From an uncultured delta proteobacterium (GTDB lineage Bacteria; Myxococcota_A; Polyangia; Fen-1088), in the NCBI GenBank assembly GCA_963796685.1, contig CAWCMR010000026.1, positions 51,031-115,030 on the forward strand: a DNA stretch of 64,000 nucleotides, in the 5' to 3' direction. Positions within the stretch are counted from its first letter, which is position 1. Every line of letters starts with the position of its first letter. Made by a program: the position numbers and the translations under genes. Below, piece after piece: positions 9,823-20,239 of the stretch. Under the pieces are notes generated by a model. The model was not told the origin of the DNA. It saw nothing but the letters and a program-made list of their open reading frames with translations, and made no database searches.

Positions 9823-10251
9823 ATGTCGCTCGCGAGCCGCGGCCGGGGATCGTCCAACTCTTCGTTCCGCGACATCAACGTCACGCCCATGGTGGACGTG
9901 ATGCTGGTTCTGCTCATCGTGTTCATGGTCACCGCGCCGCTCCTGGTCAACGGTTTGCCCATCGACCTGCCGGAGGTCCAGGCCACGAACACCCCCATCG
10001 AGGATGCCAAGCTGGTCATCTCGATTACCGGCGACGAGAGGATTCTGTTCGGGGAAGAGGACGTCACCGCGAATCTGGAACGAATCCTGCGCACGGATCC
10101 CAGGGTCCAACGGGCGCACGAAGTCTATATTCGCGCCGACAAGATGGCCCACTACGGCGTGGTGGCCCGCGCCGTGGCGGCAGCCAGGTCCGCCGGGGTC
10201 ACCTCGCTCAATCTCCTCGTCGATCAAGAGAGCGAGGGGCCGTTGCAGTGA
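9823..10251 (+). CDS. tolR: TolR/ExbD protein
   Basis: GGAGG RBS; INVTPMVDVMLVLLIVFMVTAP; IRADK. Confidence 0.9.
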   Translation: MSLASRGRGSSNSSFRDINVTPMVDVMLVLLIVFMVTAPLLVNGLPIDLPEVQATNTPIEDAKLVISITGDERILFGEEDVTANLERILRTDPRVQRAHEVYIRADKMAHYGVVARAVAAARSAGVTSLNLLVDQESEGPLQ

Positions 10252-11279
10252 CCAGGGCAGGCTTCCGCGCCAGCGATGTCGCCATCGCCATCGCCGTGGC
10301 CAGCGGCGCCCAGTGGGCGCTCTTCCTGGCCTTCTCGTCCTCGTCTCCGCCGCCCGTCAGGGCGAACATCTCGGACGAGAATTCGCGGCCCATCGCGGTT
10401 TCGATCACGCCGGTCTCCACCATCCCGTCCGGGGAACATCGCCAGCGGCCGTTGCCGAAAGCGTGGCAACGGCACAACCCCAAGCCCGCTGTTGCCCAGG
10501 CCGCTCCTCTCCTCGGCGAGCCGCAACCGCCGGCCGTGGTTTCGCCGACCCCCGCACTGCCCGACGCCGCGGTCCTCGCGGCCAGGTCGCCGCCCGATGC
10601 CGCGGTTCTTGCGGCCAGGCCGTTGCCCGACGCCGCGGTTCTTGCGGCCAGGCCGTTGCCCGACGCCGCGGTTCTTGCGGCCAGGCCGCTGCCCGACGCC
10701 GCGCCGTCCGGGAAGATAGCAGCGGTTCCTGCCAGCAGTCGGGCCGTGACCCGGTCGTCGCCCCAACGGAAGGAGCCCATCGCCTTGACCACCGCGCCTC
10801 CCGCCCACCTCGAGCGATCCACTGAAGCCACGCGGCCGCTTCCGCCGCCGGGACCGGTCGCCGGCAGCTCGGGGGGGATGGAGGGAGTGTCGGCGGCGCC
10901 CAGGTCGAACGAGCCGGCAGGCCCCGGTGCAGAGGGCGAGGTCGATCCGCTCAAGGCACACGCCATCGCCCTCTATCGCGCCGAGCTGGCCGCGTGGTTC
11001 ATGGCGAGATTCGATATCCGAGGCAAGCTACCGTTCGCAACCTTGAAGGGGTTGCGGGCCCGGGCGGTGGTAACCATCTCGCCGGACCATACGGTGATCG
11101 GATACACGCTGGCGGCGAAGAGCGGCGATCCCACCTTCGATGCCCAGGTCCACGCCACGCTCGCCGCCATCGAGTCGAGCGGCGCGCCGCTGCCGGCCCC
11201 CCCGCCGCTCTATCCAGACTTGCTCGGGACCTCCTTGCCGGTCAACTTCGAATGTACATCGAGGATCGCATGCGAATAG
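10248..11279 (+). CDS. TolA/TonB-like energy transducer
   Basis: GTGA overlap; N-terminal TM, Pro/Ala-rich stalk, C-terminal SGDPTFD..LPAPP domain. Confidence 0.75.
   Translation: MTRAGFRASDVAIAIAVASGAQWALFLAFSSSSPPPVRANISDENSRPIAVSITPVSTIPSGEHRQRPLPKAWQRHNPKPAVAQAAPLLGEPQPPAVVSPTPALPDAAVLAARSPPDAAVLAARPLPDAAVLAARPLPDAAVLAARPLPDAAPSGKIAAVPASSRAVTRSSPQRKEPIALTTAPPAHLERSTEATRPLPPPGPVAGSSGGMEGVSAAPRSNEPAGPGAEGEVDPLKAHAIALYRAELAAWFMARFDIRGKLPFATLKGLRARAVVTISPDHTVIGYTLAAKSGDPTFDAQVHATLAAIESSGAPLPAPPPLYPDLLGTSLPVNFECTSRIACE
10557..10703 (+). repeat. 33-bp in-frame tandem repeat (LPDAAVLAARP x ~4.5)
   Basis: Units start at 10557, 10590, 10623, 10656 and 10689 (partial). Confidence 0.9.
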
Positions 11280-12616
11280 ATCGAAGGACTGGCGTGTGGG
11301 TGTTTTGTGCGTCGCTGCTGCTGACCGCGGCATGGTGGTCGATGCGAAACGTGAAGGCGCAGGGTTCCGAGGACAGTGTGCTGGGCACCATCGACGTGAA
11401 CGGTTCGGCGGGTACCGCGCTGCCACTGCCGAAGCTGGCGATCGTGCCCCTGCTCACGCACGGGCAGGCCGACGAAGTCGCGCAGCTCGTGGCGCGAGGC
11501 GATTTCTCACTGTGCGGTCAGTTCGACGTCCTCGACGACAGCGCGGCACCGCCAGGCCCGTTCCTCGTCGAGGTGCCGCCCGATCTGGGCGCTTGGAAGC
11601 AGGCCGGCGCCGAATACGTGGTGCAGGTGTACGCGCAGGGCGCCGGGCAAGCCGACGGACACCTGGTTGGCGAGGCCTATCTCGCGAAGGTTGGCTCGGC
11701 CCCGGCGCCCATCGATGCCGGCGCCCCGGCCCTCGTCAAAGCCCTCTTTCGCACCAGCGTACCTTTGCGCCAAGACCTGCGTATGTCGGCCCACCGACTG
11801 GTCGACGTGTTGCTGGGCGCGCTCACGGGGCGCCCCGGCGGCTTTGCCAGCCGCATGGTTTATGCCGCGAACGTGGGGACCGCGCGCCAAGTGTTCGTTC
11901 TGGATTCGGACGGTTTCGATTTGCACGCGGCCAGTCCACCCTTGGACACGGCGCTCTCCCCGACCTTTGGCCCGGGCGATGTCTTGTTCTATGCGCTCAG
12001 CCGGAACTACTCCCCCTTCAAGCTCGCGTCGACGCCGTCGGGAGTGCTGACACCGGACCAGGTTCCCGGCTCGCTCATGGGCGTGGCCTTTTCCGCCGAT
12101 CGAGGCCGCATGCTCCTCATCGCGATGGCCGAGGAGGTGAGCACGATCTACCTCGAGTCGAAGGGCAAGCGACAAACCTATGCGCACGCGCCGCTGGCCA
12201 ATCATCCCGCCTTTGGGCCGTCGGGCATGATCGCCTATGTGGCGGGTCGTCACGTGCAGCGCATTTACGTCGATCGTCGCCCCATCTCGCCGCCGGAGCT
12301 CATGGCCTCGGCGCCGGTGTTCTGCGAGACCCCGCAGGGACTCTTGATATTCTATACGGTGGAGACCAAGGGCGGTTCCGACATCGTGGCCAGCTATCCG
12401 AGCGGGCAGGGGTTGCACCGCCTTACGCAGCGGCAGGGCTCCAACCGGGATCCGGCGTGCAGTCCCGACGGTCGCCTGCTGGCTTTCTTCTCCACCCGCG
12501 AGCCCGGTAAGGGAGCCGGGCTCTACGTCATGCCCATCGCGCGGCCTTGGTTGGCGCGGAAGATCTCGGGCCAGATCGGCGATTCGCTGCGTTGGGCGTC
12601 TACCGTGGCGCCGTAG
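11270..12616 (+). CDS. tolB: TolB-like periplasmic beta-propeller protein
   Basis: AHRLVD..LGALTGRPGGFASRMVY; PD40-like repeats (SPTFGP, PACSPDGRLLAF). Confidence 0.8.
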   Translation: MRIDRRTGVWVFCASLLLTAAWWSMRNVKAQGSEDSVLGTIDVNGSAGTALPLPKLAIVPLLTHGQADEVAQLVARGDFSLCGQFDVLDDSAAPPGPFLVEVPPDLGAWKQAGAEYVVQVYAQGAGQADGHLVGEAYLAKVGSAPAPIDAGAPALVKALFRTSVPLRQDLRMSAHRLVDVLLGALTGRPGGFASRMVYAANVGTARQVFVLDSDGFDLHAASPPLDTALSPTFGPGDVLFYALSRNYSPFKLASTPSGVLTPDQVPGSLMGVAFSADRGRMLLIAMAEEVSTIYLESKGKRQTYAHAPLANHPAFGPSGMIAYVAGRHVQRIYVDRRPISPPELMASAPVFCETPQGLLIFYTVETKGGSDIVASYPSGQGLHRLTQRQGSNRDPACSPDGRLLAFFSTREPGKGAGLYVMPIARPWLARKISGQIGDSLRWASTVAP

Positions 12617-13574
12617 GTCCCGCCTCCGCGGGGGCGGACGGCGAGGCGGGGGCGGGCGCGCCGGACGGGGCGGGGGTTGGGCTGGTTGCGCCGGGCATGT
12701 CGACGAGCTCGATTTCGACGCCTTCGAGCATCCCGCCTCCGGCGAACGCGGGTGGCTGTGCGGAGGGCGCCGTCACGCGACCGCTCACCGACAACGACGC
12801 CGGCGCCAGGCCCAGGGTCACCAGTCGATCCGCGACGAGGCTGGCGCGCAAGGCCGGGAGCGTGAAGACGCTGTGACCGCGACCCTTCGGGATTGGCCCG
12901 TAGACGACGACGCGAAATCGCCAACCCGGGGTGGTCGCCAGCGCTTGCGCCAGAGCTGCCAGCACGCCTTCCCCAGGGCGATGCAACTCGGCGCGACCGT
13001 TTTCGAAGAGCACGGAGGCCGGGATGAGCAGTACGCTCTGCCCGTCGTCCGAGCCCACTTCGATCTTGCGAGCCGGACCAGCAGACGCAAGGTTGTGCGC
13101 GAGCGTGCTCATGGCGGCGTTGCGGGCCTGGGCTTCGGCTTGCAGGGTCCGCAGCTCGGCCAGACGACGTTTGGCATCGTCGAGAGCCTGTTGCATGACA
13201 CCCTTGCTTTCGAGCATGGCGCCCACGTTCTTCCCCAGCCGCTCGAGCTCTTTCTGCAGTTGCTGGTGGAGCGCCGTGGCCTCATCGAGGCGCGCCTGCA
13301 GGTTGTTGGCCTCCGCCTCGAGCCCCGCGACTTTCGACTGGCGGGCCTGCAGTCGGGCTTGCGTCTCCGCGAGCTCGGCAGCCAGAGACCGATTTTCTTC
13401 CCGGCTGCGCGCGGTATCGGCAAGGGCCTGGTCGTAGCGCGAGGCCCGCACCAGGCAGCCCGCCAGCAAGCAGAGCGCGAGACAGGCGCAACCGAGGGGG
13501 ATGGAACCGCGCCCGTTCGGCATACGGCGGCTTGCCCCCCCGAGGGTGCTCCGGAGATGACTGGACGCACGCAC
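12600..13574 (-). CDS. Coiled-coil lipoprotein with MotB/OmpA-like C-terminal domain
   Basis: Lipobox LAGC; long coiled coil; IPASVLFENGRAEL, LPALRASLVADRL; start may be 13523. Confidence 0.65.
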   Translation of the reverse strand: MRASSHLRSTLGGASRRMPNGRGSIPLGCACLALCLLAGCLVRASRYDQALADTARSREENRSLAAELAETQARLQARQSKVAGLEAEANNLQARLDEATALHQQLQKELERLGKNVGAMLESKGVMQQALDDAKRRLAELRTLQAEAQARNAAMSTLAHNLASAGPARKIEVGSDDGQSVLLIPASVLFENGRAELHRPGEGVLAALAQALATTPGWRFRVVVYGPIPKGRGHSVFTLPALRASLVADRLVTLGLAPASLSVSGRVTAPSAQPPAFAGGGMLEGVEIELVDMPGATSPTPAPSGAPAPASPSAPAEAGPTAPR

Positions 13575-13681
13575 GGGCGAATCCTACCTCGGCATTTCGT
13601 GGCGCCAAGCCCTTCCTGACACTCTGCCAACCGGATCCCGGCCGGGCCGACCGACGACCGCGGCCGGGCATGGTCGCGCAC

Positions 13682-16600
13682 CTAGCGGGTCGGGGGCCCA
13701 CTTGCCAGGGCCTCCTCCAGCTTCTCGATGCTGAGGGGCTTGGCCAGGTGCTGATCGAAGCCCGCTGTCTTGGCCTTGGCCAGATCCTGCGGCAGGGCGT
13801 ACCCGGTCAATGCGATGAGCTGCACCTCGCGAAGCTGCTCGTCGGCGCGGATCGCCCGGGCGATTTGGTAGCCGTCCATTTCCGGCAGCCCGATATCGCA
13901 CAGCACGACGTCCGGCTTGAACTCGCGCGCGACCTCCAGCCCGGCCGCGCCACGGTAGGCGACCACGACCTGGTGTTGGGCCAGGGTGAGCGCATCGCGC
14001 AGGCTGTCGGCCGCGTCCACGTTGTCCTCGATGACGAGAATCCGGCGCGTGCCGGCCTGGGGCGGGCGCGCGGCGCCGGAGACCTCCGCGGGCGGCACGT
14101 TCAGCAAGGGCAGTCGGATGGTGAGCTCGGCGCCCCGGCCGAGCCCGTCGCTCGACGCCTGCACCTGCCCGTCATGCTGTTCGACCAGACCCTTGACCAG
14201 GGCCAGGCCAAGCCCCAGGCCGCCCCGACTGCGGTCGAGGGTGCGGTCTGCCTGCACGAAGGGCTCGAACAAGTGCCCGAGCAGATCGGGGTTGATGCCC
14301 ACACCGTCATCGCGCACGCGAAGCACCGCCATGCCAGGAAGGCCGGCGGACTCTTCCAGGACTACCTGGACGTGCCCACCCCGGGCGGTGAACTTCGCCG
14401 CATTGGCGAGCAGGTTGCCAAGGGCCTGGGCCAGGCGGGCGAAATCGCCGTTCACCCACAGCGGGCGCGGCACCACGCTCACCGTCAGCTCGAGCCCGGC
14501 GTTGGCAAGGGTCAACCGGTTGTCCTCGACCGTGCGGCGCACGAGGTCGCCCAATTCGAGGGGCCGGCGCTTGACCTGCAGCTTGCCGCGCGCGACGCGC
14601 GTCACGTCGAGGAGGTCATCGACGATGCGCGTGAGCTGGGCGACTTGTCGCTTGAGCACCTCCTCGGCGCGACGTACCTGCTCGCTCCCCGGTGCAGCTC
14701 GCTCGAGAATGAACAAACAATTGCGGATCGGGGCGAGCGGATTGCGCAGCTCGTGCGACAACATCGCCAGGAATCCATCCTTGCGCCAATCCGCTTCGCG
14801 CAGAGCCTCAATCAAGCGCTCGCGCTCGACTTCGGCCGCTTTGTTCTGGGTGATGTCCCGGTTCGACTCCAACACGCGGTCGACCCCGTCATCTCCGCGC
14901 AACAGCAGGAGCTTGCAGGATACGGCAATCGCCGCCCGCGATTTCGTCCGCTGTCCGAGCTCACCTTCCCATTGCCCCGCGCGGCGCAGCGCGCTGACCA
15001 CGTCGGCGAAGGGCAAGGGAAACTCGGTCTCGAGCAGCCGCAGCGGGGTCTGCCCTTGCGCCTCCTCGGGCGAGAAGCCATAGAGCAGCTCGGCGCCTCG
15101 GTTCCAGGTCTCGATGCCGCCGTCCAGGCGCCACACGAAGATGGCGTCATGCGAGAGGCGGAGCAGGTCGCCATAGCGACGCGCGGCCTCTTCGGCTCGC
15201 TCGAGGTCCGTAATGTCCACGAAGGTGATCCCGACGCCCGTGACCGACTGGTCCTCGGAGCGATAGGGCAGGATGCGCTCCAGGAACCACGCCGGGCCCT
15301 CGGCGCGGTGGACCTTGCGCTCGATGCCGGTTTCCGTCCGCAACACCGTCGCCAGATCCGCCAGCAGATCCCCCTCGACGAAGCGCGGAGCCAGGTCGCG
15401 GATGGGACGGCCCGCATCGCTGGGCCGGAGACCGAACAGTTGGCTGGCCGCCGGGGTGCAGCGCAAGATGCGCAGCTCGCGGTCGAGAAAAATCGTCGCG
15501 ATCTGCGTGCCCGCGTAGTGGTGTTGCAGGTCCGCGTTGGTCGCGTCCAGCTCCAGGACCTTGGCGTGCAGCTCGTCGTTGGCCGATTGCAGCTCCTCTT
15601 TCGAGGTCTGCAGCTCCTCGTTGGCCGACTGTAGCTCTTCGTTGGTCGAGATCAGCTCTTCATTGGCCGACTTCAGCTCCTCGTTGGCCGATTCCAGATC
15701 CTGCATGGCGGACTGCAGGTCGGCGCGCGTGGTGCGCAGCTCGTTCTCGAGCTGCTCGATGATGGGCAGCTCGGGCGCGGTGATGGCCTCCTCCTCGGGC
15801 GCGAGATCCGCGGCTGAGCTCATGCTCTGCAACACGATGGCGTAGAGGCCCGACTCGGGGACTACCGTGGGCAACGGCCGTGCCGTCAAGCGCAGGTGCT
15901 CGACGCCGCGATCCAACTCGATGGCGAGATTGTCGCGGACCACCTTGCGGTGGCCGCTTACCGCCTTGGCGAGGGCATTCCGCAGCTCGACGCGCAGGCT
16001 TCCTTGCGCCAGGTTGAAGAGGTTGTGGGTGGGCGCGCCCGCCGCCACTTGCAGGTAGCGCCCCGCGCGGCCGGCCAGGTAGAGGATGTCGCCGTGCTCG
16101 TTGGTGACCGCGCAGGGCGGGGCGTATTCCTCGAGGATCATGCGCTCGAAGGCCTGACTGAACGCCTGTGGCGCGACGGGGTCAGCGGCTTCCACGGTTC
16201 GCGCCAGCGAGGTTCGGTGGGTCGAGCGGCCCGTCAGGGGAAATTCCAGCGCTGGCCGCGGCACACCCTCTTGGCGGGAGAAGAGCCGCTGCTTCTTGTC
16301 GACCGTCGCGAACAGCTCGGAGTGGGCGGCGACGCCCTCGGAGGGTCCCAGCAGCAAAAAGCCGCCGGGCCGAAGCGCGTAGTGAAAGAGCGGCACCAAC
16401 TTCTGCTGCAAATCGCCGCCCAGATAAATGAGGACGTTGCGGCACGAGATGAGGTCGAGCGACGAGAAGGGCGGATCCCTGATCAGGCTGTGCTCGGAGA
16501 AGGTACACATGGCCCGCACCTCCTTGCCCACCCGATAGCCGTCCTCGTCGCGAACGAAGAAGCGTTGCAGGCGCTCGGACGACACCTGTTCGGAAATCTG

Positions 16601-17734
16601 TTCGGCGTAGTGACCGGGCCGCGCGGTAGCCAGCAGCTCGCTGTCGATGTCGGTCGCGAAGATCTGCACGGAGCGCGCGACGTCGACCCGAGCCAGGTGC
16701 TCTCGCAGCAGAATGGCCAGGGAGTAGGCTTCCTCGCCGGAGGCGCAGCCCGGCACCCAGATGCGCACGGCGGCGCTGGGGTCGCCACGACCGACGATGG
16801 CCGGCACTACCTGGGTGGCGAGCGTCGCGAAGACCTCGGGGTCGCGAAAGAATTGCGTGACCCCAATCAGCAGATCGCGGTGGAGCTGCTCGGCCTCGTT
16901 CGGGTCCTGGTCCAGGGTGCGGACGTAGTCCTCGACCGTGACGGCCGGTTGCAGCTGGATGCGGCGTCGAATCCGCCGCAGCAGGGTGCCGTGCTTGTAG
17001 CGGCTGAAGTCGTGTCCGGTGTGCCGTTGCAGAATTTCGCAGATCGAGCCGAGCTGGGCGGCAACCTGCTCGTCGAGGTCCTGCACCGTCTTGCGCTGCA
17101 CTTCGAGCACGCGACCGGCATGGCTCAAGATGCGCGCGGGCATCTCCTCGATGGGTAGCGCGAGGTCGACCAATCCGGCCGCGATCGCGTGCTGAGGCAT
17201 GCTGTCGTACTTGGCGGTCTCCGGCGCCTGGGCCAGCGCAAAACCGCCCTGTTCCTTGATCGCCCGCAGCCCCGCCGTGCCGTCGCTACCGGCCCCCGAC
17301 AGGATGATCCCAATGGCACGCTCGCCTTGTTCCCGGGCCAAGGAGCGCAGGAATGCATCGATGGGCGCGCGCATACCGTCCTCGGCCGGCCGCGCCACGC
17401 GCAACCGGCCCTGTTCGAGCGTCAACACGGCATTGGGCGGGATGATGTAGACATGGTTGGGCAAGGGGCGCGCCCCGTCCTCGGCCTGCCCCACCGGCAT
17501 CCGCGTTTGCTTGCCGAGCAATTCGGCCAGCACGCTGGGATGGTGGCGATCGAGGTGTTGCACCACTCCGAAGACGAGCCCGGTGTCGGCCGGCATGAGG
17601 GAGAAGAAACGTTCCAGCGGCTCCAGCGCGCCCGCGGAGGCGCCGATCCCGACGAACAGGGATCCGCCCGGTCGAACGTCTGCTGCCCGGCCATCGTTCC
17701 CGCCATTTCTCGAGGTTGATTCCGCTCGCGCCAT
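13682..17734 (-). CDS. CheB-CheR-PAS-histidine kinase-receiver hybrid protein
   Basis: CheB GASAG/VQHL/SGAGSDG; CheR WVPGCASGEEAYS; EELQS heptads; HisKA LSHELRNPL; GGLGLGL; REC DVVLCDIGLP; likely start MARAES at 17734. Confidence 0.92.
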   Translation of the reverse strand: MARAESTSRNGGNDGRAADVRPGGSLFVGIGASAGALEPLERFFSLMPADTGLVFGVVQHLDRHHPSVLAELLGKQTRMPVGQAEDGARPLPNHVYIIPPNAVLTLEQGRLRVARPAEDGMRAPIDAFLRSLAREQGERAIGIILSGAGSDGTAGLRAIKEQGGFALAQAPETAKYDSMPQHAIAAGLVDLALPIEEMPARILSHAGRVLEVQRKTVQDLDEQVAAQLGSICEILQRHTGHDFSRYKHGTLLRRIRRRIQLQPAVTVEDYVRTLDQDPNEAEQLHRDLLIGVTQFFRDPEVFATLATQVVPAIVGRGDPSAAVRIWVPGCASGEEAYSLAILLREHLARVDVARSVQIFATDIDSELLATARPGHYAEQISEQVSSERLQRFFVRDEDGYRVGKEVRAMCTFSEHSLIRDPPFSSLDLISCRNVLIYLGGDLQQKLVPLFHYALRPGGFLLLGPSEGVAAHSELFATVDKKQRLFSRQEGVPRPALEFPLTGRSTHRTSLARTVEAADPVAPQAFSQAFERMILEEYAPPCAVTNEHGDILYLAGRAGRYLQVAAGAPTHNLFNLAQGSLRVELRNALAKAVSGHRKVVRDNLAIELDRGVEHLRLTARPLPTVVPESGLYAIVLQSMSSAADLAPEEEAITAPELPIIEQLENELRTTRADLQSAMQDLESANEELKSANEELISTNEELQSANEELQTSKEELQSANDELHAKVLELDATNADLQHHYAGTQIATIFLDRELRILRCTPAASQLFGLRPSDAGRPIRDLAPRFVEGDLLADLATVLRTETGIERKVHRAEGPAWFLERILPYRSEDQSVTGVGITFVDITDLERAEEAARRYGDLLRLSHDAIFVWRLDGGIETWNRGAELLYGFSPEEAQGQTPLRLLETEFPLPFADVVSALRRAGQWEGELGQRTKSRAAIAVSCKLLLLRGDDGVDRVLESNRDITQNKAAEVERERLIEALREADWRKDGFLAMLSHELRNPLAPIRNCLFILERAAPGSEQVRRAEEVLKRQVAQLTRIVDDLLDVTRVARGKLQVKRRPLELGDLVRRTVEDNRLTLANAGLELTVSVVPRPLWVNGDFARLAQALGNLLANAAKFTARGGHVQVVLEESAGLPGMAVLRVRDDGVGINPDLLGHLFEPFVQADRTLDRSRGGLGLGLALVKGLVEQHDGQVQASSDGLGRGAELTIRLPLLNVPPAEVSGAARPPQAGTRRILVIEDNVDAADSLRDALTLAQHQVVVAYRGAAGLEVAREFKPDVVLCDIGLPEMDGYQIARAIRADEQLREVQLIALTGYALPQDLAKAKTAGFDQHLAKPLSIEKLEEALASGPPTR

Positions 17735-17945
17735 CGTCACCTTCAACCCGCTGGTTGCCCCCCTGTTGCAGGATCGCGCGCGTGCCGCGCCCTGCGCTAG
17801 CGACTTGTTGATAGAAGGCGGATGTCTAGCACACCCTCGCGGCATCGGCGATTGCAAGGCGATCATCGTTGCTGGGCCTCCATCGTTCGGCGCGCCCAAG
17901 CGACATCCCTATGCGCGCACGGTGCTGGCCTTCGCGCGATAGCGG

Positions 17946-18062
17946 TCAAACCGGATGCAGATCCTTGTGGACTTTGGCGTCGGACCGCGGGAGCACGGTG
18001 ATGCGGTCGAGAAGATGCGCGACCGCCCGTCGTCGGTCCTTGAGCATCTCGAATCCATTCAT
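17946..18062 (-). pseudogene. Short ORF or remnant resembling a hemerythrin-domain N-terminus
   Basis: GGGAG RBS then MNGFEMLKDRRRAVAHLLDRI; only 38 aa. Confidence 0.25.
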
Positions 18063-18250
18063 CGATAGATCTCCCTTCCCAGCGAGGAAGAGCTCGTGAT
18101 CTTTGGATGCGTCGGCGACGGTTTGGTCTCTGATGACCTGTCGATCTGATATCGATCTGCGTGGCGGAAACGATGGCGCTGGCGTCCTGCGGTGGGCGCT
18201 CTCACCGCGACGTGGGTGGGCGAGATGCCGAGCGGCCCCGGCCGTCGTGG

Positions 18251-19133
18251 TTAGCGCGTAGCCTTGATGCCTTCTCGTGCCAGCAAGTCTTGCAGGGTAC
18301 GCAGGTCTTGATCGCAAGCGGCCGTGAGCGCCGGCTTTGTCTGCAGCGACAACTCGAGCGAGCGCACGTTGCTGTTTTTCCGCGACAGCGCCACGATTTG
18401 GCGAGAGAGCTCCTTGAACCGGTCGAGCGCCGAAATGGCAGGAGTGAGAGCTCGGCGCGCATTTTGGGGGACCATCTCGGTCAGCGACGCCACCGCGCCC
18501 CTCGCCGTCGCCTCCAGGTCGGCCATTTCCTGCTCCATCTTCGTCATGGCGGTATCGCTGGACTCGGCGATATGCGGGGCATACAGCACCTGAATCTCGC
18601 GCACGGCCAGGACGGCCTTGCCAATCAGCTCCTCTGCGCGACAGCGTGCCTTGGGCGGAACCTTGGCCGCGACCGGGCCGAGGGAATCTCGGAAGGTATT
18701 TGCAATCCCGTACGCCGGACCAAAGGCCAAGTGTTGCGCCTTGAGATTCGTATTCTCGACCGCCAAGGCCAGGATGGTGCGGTCGAGCTTTCGGTACTCG
18801 GCGAAGTGCTTCCTGAAGTCTTCGAGAGCTTGGCTCTCCTTCGATAAACCCAGGTCGTGCAGGACGGTACCAAGCGCCATGACGTCGCTGTCGACGGTCC
18901 GCACGGAGCTTCTCGGCGTCGCGTGCGAACGCAATCGACGCTGCATCGGTATCCGCCATGACGGCGCGATTGGACGCGTCGACGCCTTGGCCGAACTGAA
19001 TCCGGAGCTGCGCAGCCAATCGGTTCGAATCGGCAAGCTGGGTGAAGAAGCTGCGATGTCCTTCGCAGCCCAAGGCCACGGCGAGAACGGCGACGATGCC
19101 GACCGGCGAGCGAGATCTTCCGCGAGAAAGCAC
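18251..19133 (-). CDS. Secreted/lipoprotein four-helix-bundle (MCP sensor-like) protein, frameshifted near 18908
   Basis: VALGC lipobox and ASNRAVMADTD..FARDAEK in one frame continue as SVRTVDSD..ILALAVENTNLKAQ in another. Confidence 0.6.
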
Positions 19134-19236
19134 GGCGCAAGAGTAGCACGCCGCGCCTTCGTCCTGCCGACAATCGGCCCGAAGTCGACGCTGGGCTCGG
19201 TGGGGCTGGGCTGCTCCCAATCGAGAGACCAAGAAA

Positions 19237-19503
19237 CTACTCGAGGTCGGCGCGCAGCTTCTTCAGCTTGGCCTCGATGTCGTCCAACTCGTGCTTCATC
19301 GCCAGCTTGTCCCTCTGGTACGCTTGGCTGCCCTCTCGTTGCAGCTCGTCCAGCTTCTTTCTCGCTTGCTGACTTCGGTGCTCGATATCGTGCCAGTCGG
19401 CCTCGGCTTGTTTTCTTGCGGAACCGCGCGCCGCCTGGGCTCGCGTTTTGAGTGTCTCGAGCTCCTCCTCCAGGCGAGTCAGCAATACCTTGGTCTTGGT
19501 CAT
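19237..19503 (-). CDS. Small coiled-coil hypothetical protein
   Basis: 88 aa, charged heptad pattern. Confidence 0.6.
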   Translation of the reverse strand: MTKTKVLLTRLEEELETLKTRAQAARGSARKQAEADWHDIEHRSQQARKKLDELQREGSQAYQRDKLAMKHELDDIEAKLKKLRADLE

Positions 19504-19674
19504 CGAAGTCCACCAGGACGCAAGAGGCGTACCGAAGACTGCAATGCGAAGGCTATGATGGCGGCTGGCGCCGACCTTGGTCCATTCAAGCGCGTTCGTT
19601 ACCAGACGGATACACCATGGTCAGCGAACGTTACTATCAAGTAATGCGCGCGGAGCTCGAGGACGCGTTCTCGC

Positions 19675-19989
19675 TCACATGCCGCCGTGGAAGCGACCAA
19701 AGCCACGGGCGAGCATGATCGACATGGCCAAAACGCCCGCACCGAGGACGACCACGTGCTTGGTGTTGCGCAGATCGAATTTTCCGACGCGGCACACGAG
19801 CAGGTAGCCGATGGCCAGGTTGAACAGGCCCCACAGGACGTTGACCGTGGACGACGACAGCCCTTCCCCTGGCGGCGACGCGAATGGGCTCTGGAACGGG
19901 TGTCCCGAGATTCCATTTCCAAGATGCGGAAGCGTGTTCGCGAGGAAGGCCCCTCCGAAAAAGTACGCCAAGTGGTGGTACCAACGCAT
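19675..19989 (-). CDS. Small membrane protein
   Basis: GGAG RBS; three hydrophobic segments, PFQSPFASPPGEGLSS. Confidence 0.7.
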   Translation of the reverse strand: MRWYHHLAYFFGGAFLANTLPHLGNGISGHPFQSPFASPPGEGLSSSTVNVLWGLFNLAIGYLLVCRVGKFDLRNTKHVVVLGAGVLAMSIMLARGFGRFHGGM

Positions 19990-20239
19990 TCTTGTCTCCG
20001 CCATGATCGACCGCCACTTTCCCGCCAGGATTCATGCGTGTCAAGGCGCGCCGGGGTCCGTGGGCGTGTTTCCTTCAAGATGGTGGGCGCATCGGGGGTT
20101 GGTTGACATCGCGGACATGGTCCATCGACTGCGCTGGATTATCAAGGTGTAGCCGTTTCCAGTGCAGACTCCGCTTCGATCTACCCCTTGAGTACGGCGG
20201 CATCTGGTGAGAGGATCTTCCATCTTGCGAATCCTGACC

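Noticed and set aside
9107-11279. AglRQS/Glt gliding motor
   Set aside because: Linked pal and tolB fit a Tol-Pal system; no glt-type genes seen
13532-17158. Long plus-strand ORFs opposite the CheBR kinase
   Set aside because: Antisense shadows with no recognisable motifs
20081-20110. TGGTGGGCG resembling another tRNA 3' end
   Set aside because: No T-loop or paired T stem follows
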